A stretch of DNA of 62,916 nucleotides, the filler included, from Stramenopiles sp. TOSAG23-6 (Eukaryota), in the NCBI GenBank assembly GCA_900128565.1. It is 10 parts of 10 records of this genome, joined end to end, with 100 filler letters (N's around TTAATTAATTAA, not from the genome) between each part and the next. Parts side by side here need not be neighbours in the genome. Positions count along the whole stretch, not along the records: positions 19,114 to 28,534 come from LT636369.1; positions 28,635 to 38,054 come from LT636370.1; 8 more parts are not named here. One strand, 5' to 3'. Both the position numbers and the translations under genes were made by a program. How positions within the stretch are numbered: position 1 is the first letter of the stretch; each line of letters begins with the position of its first letter. Positions 22,650 through 35,400 of this stretch are shown here, one piece after another. Under the pieces are notes generated by a model. The model saw only the letters and a program-made list of their open reading frames with translations, was not told the DNA's origin and searched no databases.

Positions 22650-23570
22650 TTGCCTGTAGCCCAGGCTTCTCCGATGTCGGGTCAATCAGGGAAAACGTTT
22701 CTTAAAAGTCAACGTAGACAAGTTGGAAAAGGTAGAGATAGAGTACGCTTCAATGTTAATGAATCAAAAGAAGAAACGAAATCAAGTTCTTACCCTATAG
22801 TTGATAGTACAATCGTAGCACAGACATATAGCGATCAANATTCAGAATATAGTGATGATGAATATGNTNGCAACACAAATTTAGAAACAGAAAATAATAA
22901 ACCTGTAGAACGGACAAATAGCGATCATACTAGCAATACTAATTTAGAAAGAGGTATTAGTCAGTTACCGAATGATAACATGCTAATCAAAAACGTAAAT
23001 GGTGAGCGTCCCAGCTCCGAATATTACGATGATGAGTATTATGACACAGAATATTACGACACAGAATATTACGACACAGAATATTACGACACAGAATATT
23101 ACGACACAGAGTATTACGACACAGAGTATGAATACTACTACTCAGGCTATGAATACTCTACAGAGTATCACTCAAGAGAAGAGGATGATCCCGGAAGTCA
23201 TACTATCATTCCAGTTCTTCCTGATAGTCAAGATTCATCAAAATCTCGTAGAAAATCTAGCAGTAGAGATATTCAAGATTCATCAAAAACTCGTAGAAAA
23301 TCTAGCAATATCAGAAAACGTCGTAGTATAATTTCAAGGCAACGTATCATTAGTGAACAGAAAGCAGATGCCGAAAGACGTAGAGATGCTTTAGTCAAAA
23401 GATTAGACAAAAGATCAGAACCTGCAGGATGGTTTAAGAAATCGAACGTAAAAAAAGTTCCCTCTCTCAAATTAATCCTTTTGAATACAGTAGAACTTGC
23501 ATTTCTACTGGTTTTAGCGATAGAGATTTTTATCATCCTTCAAATGGTATCTACGTTTGAAAAGACATAG
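22650..23570 (+). CDS. Hypothetical protein with (EYYDT)n repeat and a C-terminal hydrophobic segment
   Basis: Open frame; 15-nt tandem repeat; LAFLLVLAIEIFIILQM. Confidence 0.5.
   Translation: MPVAQASPMSGQSGKTFLKSQRRQVGKGRDRVRFNVNESKEETKSSSYPIVDSTIVAQTYSDQXSEYSDDEYXXNTNLETENNKPVERTNSDHTSNTNLERGISQLPNDNMLIKNVNGERPSSEYYDDEYYDTEYYDTEYYDTEYYDTEYYDTEYYDTEYEYYYSGYEYSTEYHSREEDDPGSHTIIPVLPDSQDSSKSRRKSSSRDIQDSSKTRRKSSNIRKRRSIISRQRIISEQKADAERRRDALVKRLDKRSEPAGWFKKSNVKKVPSLKLILLNTVELAFLLVLAIEIFIILQMVSTFEKT
23019..23133 (+). repeat. 15-nt coding tandem repeat GAATATTACGACACA, about 7 copies
   Basis: Directly visible; encodes EYYDT. Confidence 0.9.
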
Positions 23571-24393
23571 CGCTTTGACTAGGTAATACGTAATATTAGT
23601 AAGATTGACTTCTGAAACATCATAATAAAGATCATGTCCCCCTAACTATTATGCAATATATATCAGTATATACTATCTAAATCATTTTATACTACTTAGT
23701 AACTAGATCTACCACTACGCTAAACCCATTTGATGATTAATACAAAACCCTTTACTTGTTTTCACATGATTTTATAGCGCTACATTGTTCTCAGTAATTT
23801 TTTCATTTCAGATCTGCGACTAATTTTTATACTTTCTTGGAAATTTGAAATTGTTTTTAAACCTTAATAATCGAAATTTTTCAATTTCGAATTCCTCTGA
23901 CTCTATAAATACCACCCACAAAACTGTCGGTCTATAGCACGGGGCGGCATTTTGGCAAAAAAGTGGACAATAAGCAGGTTTGCGCCGAGTTTCTTAGGTA
24001 AAAATTCCCTATGAAAAAACTGTAGTAATCTCCAGCGTGTCAACAATGCCTTCGTAATGCATCTTAGACGGAGAGTTTTTACATGGGACCTTCACTAAGG
24101 TCTAGAGCCACTGTGGCTCTTGCTTCCCATGCGAGCAATAAGTGAAACTCTCTATATAATAGAAGTTATAGGCACTTGTTGGAACAGGCTTATTGTCCAT
24201 GGTACCCGGTAACTACCTCGACGTGTAGTCCACCAAAGACAGGTCTGTGGAACCCATCAAATCTGATCGATCCATCCTATACCGGATATATATAACAGCA
24301 CGTGTTAAAAAAAACTGCAATACTATCGATCATTATCATACCCTTCACGTGACGAATGACAAATTAATACCTTAGTTGGGATTATTCAGGGAA

Positions 24394-26376
24394 ATGTCAC
24401 AAATATTCAATGCACTGTACATATTTTGTACTTTTGTGCCACTGATGTGTTTCGCAAGTGATAGTTCATCGTCCATGGGTAAAACACAAATAGTAACTCA
24501 AGCGAATAGGCCTTTGGAGGAAGATGTTTCAACACTTCAAAAAAAAGATAGTGTAGCTACAAAAATTAGTAGCTACGTAATACCATCAACATCACTGATG
24601 ACTATTGGTGTTAATCGAGAGCAGTATTCATTATCAGATGAACTCATTATTGATGACAGATCATTACAACTAGGGAAAGGGTCTTTCGGTACAGTCTTTC
24701 TAGGTGAAATGACTAGTGCTAACAACGCTGTTATACCCATTGCACTGAAACAAGCTCACGACGACGATATTCACCAAGTACTAAAAGAAATGACATTTCA
24801 CGCTTATATTCAAGCCAATAAGTGTCCAAATTTTGTCGAATACTTTGGAACATCCCAACCAGCAAGAAAAGGAAAGTCAAGGAAAGAGCCTGTACTTATA
24901 ATTGCGCCAATGCAAGACGATGATCATCTTCTCGGTAAAACTTTTGGGTTTGATATGCTATCTTTTATGGAAACATTTCCGGAAGAATTTACATCTGTTC
25001 GAAAAACTTCTAGGGGTTCTACTCCTAGGGATTCTACTGCTCTAGTATACACGTTTAAGAAAAAGAAGTTTATCGATAAAATTGTTATTCCTTGGGGTCG
25101 AAAAGATATATATACTTTTGTTCTTGATTTATTCGGTCAATTAATGAATGGTTTAGCATGCGCGCATGCAAATAATGTTTATCATTATGATATAAAGCCA
25201 CAAAATGTAATGATTGATTGGAAAACGAAGCAATTAAAAATTGGTGATCTAGGTTCTGGTTGTGTTCGTGGTGAAAACGCTGAGCTGAAAGATGCGTTAT
25301 TAGATATTTATAAGGCAAATATGTATGGTAATGATGAGGACATAAATAAATCAACGGAAAGGAGATTAAATAGAATGATGACATACTTTTTTACACACAG
25401 TTGGTCGGATTCGGGTTGGATATGTGATAGACGGTCGACAACCCACGCATATAATGAAGCGTATATATATTATCCATCTAAGAGCCTTGAAGCACAACAA
25501 GAACGAGACGCAGAAGCAGAAGAAGAACTCGCAGCAAGGTTTCCAAGGGTAAAAAGAAAGGTAAAACCAAAACCTCAAAATAAATATCGCTGGGATGAAT
25601 ACACGGATGTTCTTAAGAATAAACCTGCGAACATCGACATGTTTTCGGTGGCTACCATAATTCTTGAATTTTTATTTGGTTACACGCCAATTTACAAGCA
25701 ATACGATATTCAAAGGATGTTAAGGTCAAATATCGTGCTACATGACTTTTCCGAGATGCAAAGGCAACTGGATTCTTCAAGTTCGCATTTAACCATTTCA
25801 GTTGAACTTAAATTTCTTCTCATGATGGAAACATTTGAAGGAAATATTTTACATATATGGAAACAGTTTACGGCAACTCAGAAGGAAACTTTAGCATCAC
25901 TCTTGGCGCCTCTTTTAGTGGCCGAATTACCAGGTGGTCCTCATCAAAAACCCACAGCTAGTCAAATAAATGCTAGAATTCAGAAAGAAATCGTACTATC
26001 TGAAAGTAAAAGAAATGAGAGAAAACTTCAGAAAATGGAACCAAAGTGTGAATGTCATAAATTTTATGAGTTTTCACGTATAATTGAAAAGACAGCCGAG
26101 CAACATCATGATATTCTTCCCATTGCTCCACAAAGAACACAAATCTCAAGAACTACCCCGACAGCGCGTTTACTATTTGAAAGTCATATAAAATACAAAC
26201 CCAGTGTACTTCCAGAGGCAAATACGACAAATATCTCACAATTACGAGGCAGTTCTTCAATCACTAATATACGAAATTCAAAAAAATACAAAAGAGCAGG
26301 TCGTCGAGAGAAACTAAAGTCAACGTTCAGATCGATTTGTTGCCAGCCTAGTGCGGAACATGTTAATAGATATTAA
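24394..26376 (+). CDS. Divergent Ser/Thr protein kinase with a signal-peptide-like N-terminus
   Basis: LGKGSFGTV, IALK, HYDIKPQNV, KIGDLG and DMFSVATII. Hydrophobic start MSQIFNALYIFCTFVPLMCFA; intronless. Confidence 0.8.
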   Translation: MSQIFNALYIFCTFVPLMCFASDSSSSMGKTQIVTQANRPLEEDVSTLQKKDSVATKISSYVIPSTSLMTIGVNREQYSLSDELIIDDRSLQLGKGSFGTVFLGEMTSANNAVIPIALKQAHDDDIHQVLKEMTFHAYIQANKCPNFVEYFGTSQPARKGKSRKEPVLIIAPMQDDDHLLGKTFGFDMLSFMETFPEEFTSVRKTSRGSTPRDSTALVYTFKKKKFIDKIVIPWGRKDIYTFVLDLFGQLMNGLACAHANNVYHYDIKPQNVMIDWKTKQLKIGDLGSGCVRGENAELKDALLDIYKANMYGNDEDINKSTERRLNRMMTYFFTHSWSDSGWICDRRSTTHAYNEAYIYYPSKSLEAQQERDAEAEEELAARFPRVKRKVKPKPQNKYRWDEYTDVLKNKPANIDMFSVATIILEFLFGYTPIYKQYDIQRMLRSNIVLHDFSEMQRQLDSSSSHLTISVELKFLLMMETFEGNILHIWKQFTATQKETLASLLAPLLVAELPGGPHQKPTASQINARIQKEIVLSESKRNERKLQKMEPKCECHKFYEFSRIIEKTAEQHHDILPIAPQRTQISRTTPTARLLFESHIKYKPSVLPEANTTNISQLRGSSSITNIRNSKKYKRAGRREKLKSTFRSICCQPSAEHVNRY

Positions 26377-26840
26377 TCATAAGCATGAAACTTAATGGTA
26401 TATCATCTGACGTATCGAATTTTTATACAACAAGAAAAAATCAAAAATAAATACACAATTTTGTGGGTTATAATATGACACTTTATCTATTGAAAACTAA
26501 ACTTAGTTCCAAGAATTTTATTACTCCTTTATTACTCTGGTATTTTGAAAACAAATTCACACTAAAAAACATTTTAAAATCCAATCTAACTCCTATTAGA
26601 GATCAGTATGCTGGCTAACTCTTCTGTGCATATAAGTCGTCATCAGTTTCGTGAAATCTGACCAGTTGAAATCAGAGACGTTTGGTGTTCCTGAAGAAAG
26701 TACGTGTGCTGAAAATTTTTTTGCCTCAGCCTCCAGAGAAGTCGAATCAACATGTTTTACTTGGGAAGACTGTATGTACGAAAAAGAGTAAAACTGTAAA
26801 AAACTATGAGCTTATATCACCAGAATATATTAATATATTG

Positions 26841-27098
26841 TCAAAGAGATATTCCGGAGGTAATTATACCTTTGGAACTACTGATCTTAAAAAAACTTAC
26901 ATCTTTGTTCTCTATCATAAAGTGTTCCTTAAACAAATGTACCACGTCCCCAGGGTGCAGTACTCCGTCACCATCTACGTCTACTTTGTTGAATGCATCT
27001 TTCCATGATCCCCAACGCTTTTCGATTTTTTCGTAATCTAGCGCAGTTGTAATGATTAATGTGGCAAATATAACAACAAAGATTATACCAAATTTCAT
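26841..27098 (-). CDS. Small secreted EF-hand protein (may continue past the ORF end)
   Basis: Signal-like MKFGIIFVVIFATLIITTA and EF loop DVDGDGVLHPGD. Confidence 0.55.
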   Translation of the reverse strand: MKFGIIFVVIFATLIITTALDYEKIEKRWGSWKDAFNKVDVDGDGVLHPGDVVHLFKEHFMIENKDVSFFKISSSKGIITSGISL

Positions 27099-27425
27099 TT
27101 TTCCCAATATACAATTTGAGACAGACAATTATTAAAATCAATCAGACTACAAATGGTTTTGAAGTTACGATGCGATTGATCACAATGTCATTGCTCCTGC
27201 ATTGTCGATTTTTTTTAGCTATAAAATTTTGTACCATTTTTGACCAATTTCCGAGCCACGGAAATTGGTCAGAGATTTGATATGACACGTGTTATCAAAA
27301 CGACCCGTGTTGTCCTGCTGTCCAGTTCGATCTCTTGCTTTAGCCTTCAGAATATCAAAATCTTCCGAACATTTTTCAGTAGCATGTGGAGGAGAATATA
27401 AAATGATCATCTGACTATAAATAGG

Positions 27426-28480
27426 ATGAATGTGCTCTTTCGTGTATCATTTTCTCAGATAAAGCCCAAGTGTTTAGATAGTATTAACCAGGTGCGACAA
27501 AGTAACAGTACTGCATCAGCTCGAAGCCGAGTTTGGTGCAAACTCTTAGAACAGAATACTACTAACCCTAATTACACTACTAAAGATGGCTTAAAGAAGA
27601 TATATCCTACAATACCAAGCAATTCTTTTAATCAACACAGTGTAGTGACAGATAATAGAAATGTCGATGATAAAGAGACGATATCATTGCTTCTTGAAGA
27701 ACATAAAGTCAAATTGGATTTTGGTCACCAAACGTACAGCCAATCTTCACAGAAGAAGAAAAAGAAGAAAAGAGTATTTTCCAAAGAGTTATATCAAAAT
27801 CTTCCGAACATTTTTAGTAAATCTCCTGATGGTATGAAAAAATTGAATGATCTTTTGAAAATGGAAGAAAATTTAGTCAATTTTGAAACAAAAACGTTTG
27901 AAACAAAAACACCTTATCATGCAAAATTTCGAAATGTCGCTTTCGATCTCTTCAATTTCACAGTCACAAGTGCTAATAAAAAAAAAAGTGGACTGACTAG
28001 TTGTGATCGGTCAGCTATAGTAATATCTTTAGGTACACTCAAAACATTGGGCATACCAGTCAATAAATATCGGTTTATTGCAATTGCACTTTCATCTGTA
28101 ATTTCTCGATTGTCTTCGGAAAAGTCTCAAAATCTAAATATTATGAAATTATTTGATGAGTTAGATGATATTAAATTACAACCTACAAGTATAAATGCTT
28201 ATAATGCAGCTATAAAAGCATACGGTGGATCAAACCAATATGAAAAAGCTATGAAACTTTTTGAAGAAGTTGAACTGCGAACCCTAACCCTAACAAGTCG
28301 AAATGATGTTGTACCTAATGAATTTACCTACAACAATGCAATTAGTGCTTGTGGTAATAGTTATAAATGGAAGGAAGCGATGCAAATTTTTCAAAAAATG
28401 GTTAGTAAAGTACAACAAAATGGTCCTTTACCATCGATTAGAACGTATTACTACCTTATTGATGCTCTTGTTTCTGCAAT
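27426..28480 (+). CDS. Pentatricopeptide-repeat (PPR) protein, 3'-partial
   Basis: AYNAAIKAYG...AMKLFEE, PNEFTYNNAISACG...AMQIFQKM and PSIRTYYYLIDA. Ends at a family intron starting at 28481. Confidence 0.85.
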
Positions 28481-28704
28481 GTATGTTTTATTTTTTTTTT
28501 TAACAAAAAAATCGAATTTTTTTTTCGTACGAAANNNNNNNNNNNNNNNNNNNNNNNNNNNNNNNNNNNNNNNNNNNNTTAATTAATTAANNNNNNNNNN
28601 NNNNNNNNNNNNNNNNNNNNNNNNNNNNNNNNNNTCGAAATTTGTTAGGTACAAAATTTCGTACGAAAAAATAAATAAATTTGAAATTCATAATGAAAAC
28701 GTGC

Positions 28705-29201
28705 TGACCGGGTGAAACTAATTGAATATTTTTTCGATGACGATAGAGGGCAACAATCATACCATATGCTCCTGTACGAAAAGTTGGACAATATAAACGA
28801 CTGCTGCTAGAAGTGGGTTTCTTCTGGCGCTTTTGACTGTTTGTACTATTTGCTCGTTTCTTTGTTTTTGATCTCGGCTGCGGAATGTTTTCTATTTGTT
28901 GTCGTAATACCAAGTCATCTTCAGGTGGACGTTTTTTCAGTAGATCATTGATTACACCAGCAAATTTCTCGCCAATACCTCTCAGATCACGCTTAGCCTG
29001 CTCACCACTAGAAATGAAATGTCTTGATTTTTGTACTGCTCTGGCGGCATTTTTAAAACACTTTCCCAAATTCTCTCGACCTGATTTTTCACAATCATCT
29101 GCACCTTGACGAAGCTCCTTGTACAAATAATCATTATGTGTATTTACTGCCTTCTCGGGTGTTGCATAATGACGGTAATAAGCGCGTTGTCTAAAAGCCA
29201 T
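28705..29201 (-). CDS. MUS81: MUS81 endonuclease, N-terminal fragment
   Basis: HhH region (KNAARAVQK...AKRDLRGIGEK) plus the start of the winged helix (YCPTFRTGAYGMIVALY). Followed by a family copy with a GC donor (GCACGTTTT). Confidence 0.75.
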
Positions 29202-29456
29202 TAGATTTTGAATAGAATCGACGGATTCATTCGTGAGAGATAGCTTGAAGGAGGAGGAGAGAGCGTTTGGTGTGTTGGTTACTTCAGCGACGTTGCTGAC
29301 TGACGACTCAAAAGTGATTTTCGTAAATTGAATTTTATAACGGATATACCAGTATATACATGTCCTGTTGGTACCGATGTATCAAAATATTAATCGAAAT
29401 CGAAATCTAAATCGGAAAATTATATTATTTATATTTTACAATCCTGAAAAAAAAAA

Positions 29457-32400
29457 TCAAGAAATCTTTTTCTCCACAAAGTCAAATAATTTTGTTTTCT
29501 TAAACAGTTCAAAACGTGGCATTATCATCTTGGATGAATTCGTGTAACAATGGTTACATACATATACAACTTCACTTACATTCGGAGCAAATACTGAGGC
29601 CTTCCCACATAACTTACAAACAATTTGTAAACAGTATGCACATGCAGAGTTTTTTCGTACCACTTTGCTATAACATAAATTGCAAGACTCTTGAAGATCT
29701 GTATTATTTTCACGAGTATTCTTCGAAGAAACACTTTCCATAATCGGCAGTAAGCAATTAATCGGTATTTTCGATTCCTGAAGACAAGTTGATGGTATAC
29801 ATTCATCATCGGTTAAGACATCTTTGAAATGCCATAAAGCTTCTAATACTCTCGATCTATCTTCTCCAGGTGGTAATCTTTTCATATTATCCAAATATCG
29901 GAGAACTCCCATGGCGCCAAATGCAGCGAGTTTATGTTGCATAATTATATTTTCATAAAAATGTGGTAACAATGCTGCAAGTACACGCGATGCTTGGAAT
30001 GCGACATCTATATCCTGAGACCATGTAAGTTTAATCATAGCTTCTAATCTTTCAGGAGAAAAGTCGTTACCTGACATTATTTCGTTTTGGTTGGTATTTA
30101 AGAGCAATACACCATCTTTCTTTCCAAATAATCCTCTGTAGACAGAAAGAGCATTGGCTCTTCCTTTCTGTCGAGTTTTATCATTACCATTTTTATGTTT
30201 ATCCATTTTTTTTGTATCTTTAAGAAGCGTTGATGAAGAGAGCTTTGATTGTGGATTTCGACCAACATTTGCTTTTTCAATTGCTTTTTCAAGTATGACT
30301 TTCCATAGATTAGTCGCTTCGTTTGAAGAAGCACATATCACAAAAACCTCGGTATAATTAGGAATTTTGATACCAATAGAGACTTGATCTTCAGAAGATC
30401 TTTGGTGATCAGTCAATATTACTTCACATCCAGAAAGCATAATTTTACGTCGTGGAGTTCGGCCATCTTTATTCGAGTTTCCTTTGTATTCAAATAGAAA
30501 ATCGTCCTTCAAAACAAACCAACGTTTATTCCATGTTTTAAATCCTAAAGCTTTTAGAGACATTCGATATAACCAACCACATTTATCTGGTAGCAATATT
30601 GCATGACATGGGGGATCCAAACCCGCACTTACTCTATTAGCTAATGCCCTCACTGAGCGACTTACTGCTACTGCAACTTCAGCATCGCAAAATAAGAATA
30701 ATTCTTGTACAGATAATTCTGGCAAAACACTTCCATTATGTTTATCAACTTCGGTCAAACTATCTAATAGTTGAGTGATATTCAAACGAAGGCGAGTATC
30801 ACTATCATTTTGAAGAGGTGCATCTTCATCTACAGTTGTTTTATTTTCAGACAACTGACTGCTTTTACTTTGCATACAAATATCTTTCGTCAATTTTACC
30901 ATCTGTTTCAATCCTTGCTCTGGATACGCTCGGATTATCTGTAACTTTACCTTTGCAGTGCTTTGTGAGATTATAAATAGTATCTTACAAGTATCCCGCA
31001 CTGCAGACTTCGATGACGAATTCAGTAAAGCAACAAGCTTTGGTAACAAGGCACTTGTAAGTTTACGGAATTGTGGAACAAGCTCCGAATCGCTAATGAG
31101 GGACGCTAGTGTAGAACAAGCTGCAACTTCAAAACGTTTATCGCATTTTACAGTGCGAAGGGCAGTACATAAAAGTGCGACTGGTCCAAGCATTCCCAAC
31201 ACACGTGGGGCACCATCAATAGCAGCTATTACTGATAGTAACTCAACAGCAGCTCCAAGTGCAGGTGCATCAATATCAATACCCCTTACAATGCAACTAT
31301 TTATAGCCTGGAAAAGAACACCTAATCTACTTAAAACTGCATTACTTGGTGGTCCTTCAGGAATGATACACATACTTTTTTTACTATAGTCTGCAGTTCT
31401 ATCAGTAATATTCGAACAAAGTAATGATGCAAGTCTTCCCATGCGGCGAATAACATCAGCCGCTTGAACACGAGCAATTGAAGAAACCTTTCTCTCTGTC
31501 ATTATTGCAAGCATAGCGTTTCGAGCACCATATTTGAGCATATCATCCCGTAACTCTGCATGACGCGATAACCCATCACACGCTGTTGCAACTGCCTCTA
31601 CAATTTTAAACCCACAACCTCCAGGATTTCGTAAATGTTTCAAAGATAAACTTCTTTGAACGACTCCCACCATAATATTCATTGCTGAACTTACAAGAAA
31701 ACGACGAACACGCTCACCTTCTTCTTTAGTATCACCTGGGGTCAATGACAAATGAGCGATACCTCTCATTGCAAAGAGGCAAGCTTTATTCAAAGGTGAT
31801 TGAATTAGTGAAACCAAATCTTCTGCATTAAATAAGTCTTTCCTTTCACTAAATGAAAAATCAGTTGGTAAAAGATCAAACAACATGCCAGCGCCTTTTA
31901 CTTTGTTGGGTTTTAAGTCAAATGATAAAGCATGTGCCACCTGAAGAATAGAGTGGATTGTTGTGAGTATACCTTGTGAAGCTGCTTTTTGACGAATTGC
32001 TTTTGATGCAAAGCCCCAAGATGAAAACATACGAAAATTGCTCACAAGAATTGCTCTCTGCTGTCCGCGACTAAATGTTTTTAATAAAGGTAAAATTCGT
32101 TTGTATGAAACTCGACTGTGAACTGGTGTCAAATGTTCTTTGTTTTGACAAGCAATACTCAGTGTATACATAGTTGAAAGAGATTGTTCTATAGCTATAT
32201 CAGAAGTCTCAGTGTTCTCACAGAGATTTGCTATGCATCTACTAGCTCTTACTATTCTTTCGGCATATAATTTATTATTTGACATCCCATCTAAACCAAC
32301 AGTAACGTTATCGTTTTGTATATTTGGTAACAACACAGCTATAGGAATTGCAGTGCGAACTAATTCATCAATAAGACCAATTATAGAAAACATTGTACTA

Positions 32401-35400
32401 ATGACTTCATCATGACTAGGATGAAAAGAACAAGATAGATTGTCTAATGCTCCCATTGCATACGTCGCAGCATCTGTTCGCTGATGCGACTCACGATTTA
32501 CAACCATAGCGTCTGGTACAGCAAAAGAATGTGCAAAGCAAAAAACAGTATTGTATTCAGTCGTCTCGTAATCAGATTTAGATGCACGTTTGATGCGTTG
32601 TATAATTTGCGGCACAGTTAAATTTGATATTTTTCGGCCATTTACAGATACAAGAATATCACATTTACCGTGGAAACGCCGAATACGACTCCCCGACAAG
32701 ATTAAAACCGTACGAAGATCGTCATAATACATTCCTTTACGAATGGTCATACAGTACACTAGCCCATCAGGCAATACTTCATCTTTCAATGCTACATCTG
32801 TAGATATTGAGACCAAAATATTGTCATCGAGTACCATATCAATTTCACTTCCTTTTGTCTCGACCTTCCCAAGCATCACAGTTGTACCAAAATTTGTAGA
32901 TAAACTGATTCTTGGCTGTAATAATACAGCATTTGCGAGAGCAATTACAACCAAAGGAATAGCAAAGACAACCTGTTGGTCGTAATTAGATACATGTGCT
33001 GATAATAATGCAAATATATGTGCAGCACCTGACTGAAGTTGGGGAGAGTTATGCTTTCTCAAAATAGATGCTAATGATAAAACACAAGATTCATTGCAAA
33101 AATCTTGCNATATGAGTAATTTCTCTGATCTAATACCTAGTACTTCACTATGAAATGATTTCAATGCACATACATCTAAGTAGTCTTCCTTTACTGGAAT
33201 TTTGGAAGATTTAGGCTTCCCGATCATCTCACATAACTTTTCAACCCAAGCATGCGATGCTTTACTCATAAATTCTAAACTTTTACCACCACCAGTTGTG
33301 TCCTCTGCAAAAACAAGGGAAAAACTTCGCATTTTCTCTTTAGATTCATTACTATTAAGGTAAACGGCACAATCTGGGAGATAAAATGACAAAAATGGTT
33401 GGCTACCATCTGATAAACACGGTAAAGTTTCGACTGACTCTTCTTTATCTTTGAACTGATTCAATTCCATATCTGTAGGAAGTAGCAACATCATAGATAA
33501 ATCGTCAGAAGAATTATCCTTCTCATTTTCTACAATTTGCTTCTTTGGAGTCTCAGGAGAATCAAAAACTTTTGATATTCCTAACATCAAATTAATATCA
33601 TTCGAATCCCTAGACTTGATACGCTTATTTTCACTATTATTATTTTTTTCAGTTTTTTTGTTAGGGATTGAATCCTCAAACAAATACAAATTTGTCCCAC
33701 ACAATACCGCTTTATATGGAATTACTTCTTCTTTTCTATATATATATAATTTCCCTAACATATCCGGCATGGCAAATGATAAATAAAATGGTTTGGATCC
33801 AATACTCAATCTATCAGCTAACACCCGAAGACTCATTTCAATGACACCAACATGTAATGTGAAAAAATATTTTAAAACAAAATCGTTAGGTACAAAATTT
33901 CGTACAAAACAAAATTGAATTTTCGTAATGAAAACGTACATCATTACTTGAAGGTAACAATTCAAACAACTGATCACGATGTAAAGATGCCATTATTGAA
34001 CGACTCTTTGCAACACGCTGTAAAATACTAGATGCAAAGTATTGTACTTGTTTGTTAGATACTTGACGTCTACAGACTTCAAGCACAGATAAAATCCCAT
34101 TACATGAATGAATCGCAATCTGCAATGCAGAAGAACTAGAACAAACAGCATTTATGGCCAAAAGGCAATTTTCTTGTACAATACTTCTATGTGACCACAT
34201 AAGCGACACCAGTGTCTTTATATGCTGTTTACCACTATCTACCGTAAGAATAATTTGTGACATACTTGATATTTCCTTCTCAGTTATTTCCGTATTTGAA
34301 AGTGTTTCTATCAATTGACACCAACTTGATACCAACATTGGTGGTAGTCTACTATTTGCAAGCTCGGGTCGACCTAATTGTGTCATTTTTCTTCCTTTAT
34401 CTTTTTTTCCAGATTTGAGAGATTTAATTGTTTCTTGTGCAATTTCATATTCGGTGGTCATGTACCTACATATAGTGAGAGGGACATGTATTTTGGAAAA
34501 ATATTTCAAAAAAAAATCGTTAGATACAAAATTTCGTACGAAAAACAAATCAAATTTGAAAAAAAATAAAAGATACATCAAGTGAAAGAAGTGTACAACG
34601 ATTTGCGTTTGAGGTTTGAGAAATTAATCGTATTATACTGAACACATGTTGTTCGCATTGTCTAGAAAATAATTTTAAAGCATCAATATCAGAAGAATTA
34701 CCACGAATAAGTACACGTCGGGCTGACATTGATACGTTTCTATCTTTTCGATGTAAGGATAGTTCAGGCATTGACTTTAAAGCGGAATGTAATGCTGGAA
34801 TCCTTTTGTCTGCAAGTTTTTGTTCAGACATTATTGTGTATAACAGACTCCTGACACCCCAACCGTTATATGCCAATAGTATTTCTGATACTTCTTTTGG
34901 ACAGACTTGTATTAATTCACGCAATGCTACAAGAACTTCAAATCGTGTTATAGGTACACTTCCATGATCTCCAATATCTTTACGCGTGTCCTCGTTTTTT
35001 TTGTCTTTCGTTGACTCCCACAAAACTCGATATAACGCATGTACTGCTCCTGCTTTGATTATCTCTATTACATGATGTTTATGGCCAGATAGGGCACGTA
35101 TTATAGAGCAACTGTGAAATAAAATTTGCCTATTGATGGCATCCGCCCTCACATCATTACCTGATAGAGCATCTACACATCTTTCGATAATAACAACTAC
35201 ACCAATCAAACCTTTTGAGACAAGTTGAGTTATATGAATTGGTACTATACTGCTTGCAAACACATCAAGTGCCAATATGCTATCCAAAACTTTCAAAGGA
35301 TCTTCAGATTCGAGTAAAGCAATGTGTTGAATAATATCATCATGTTCATTATTACTAATATTTGTACGAGAATTCGTAAATAACATTTGAAGTAACTTCA

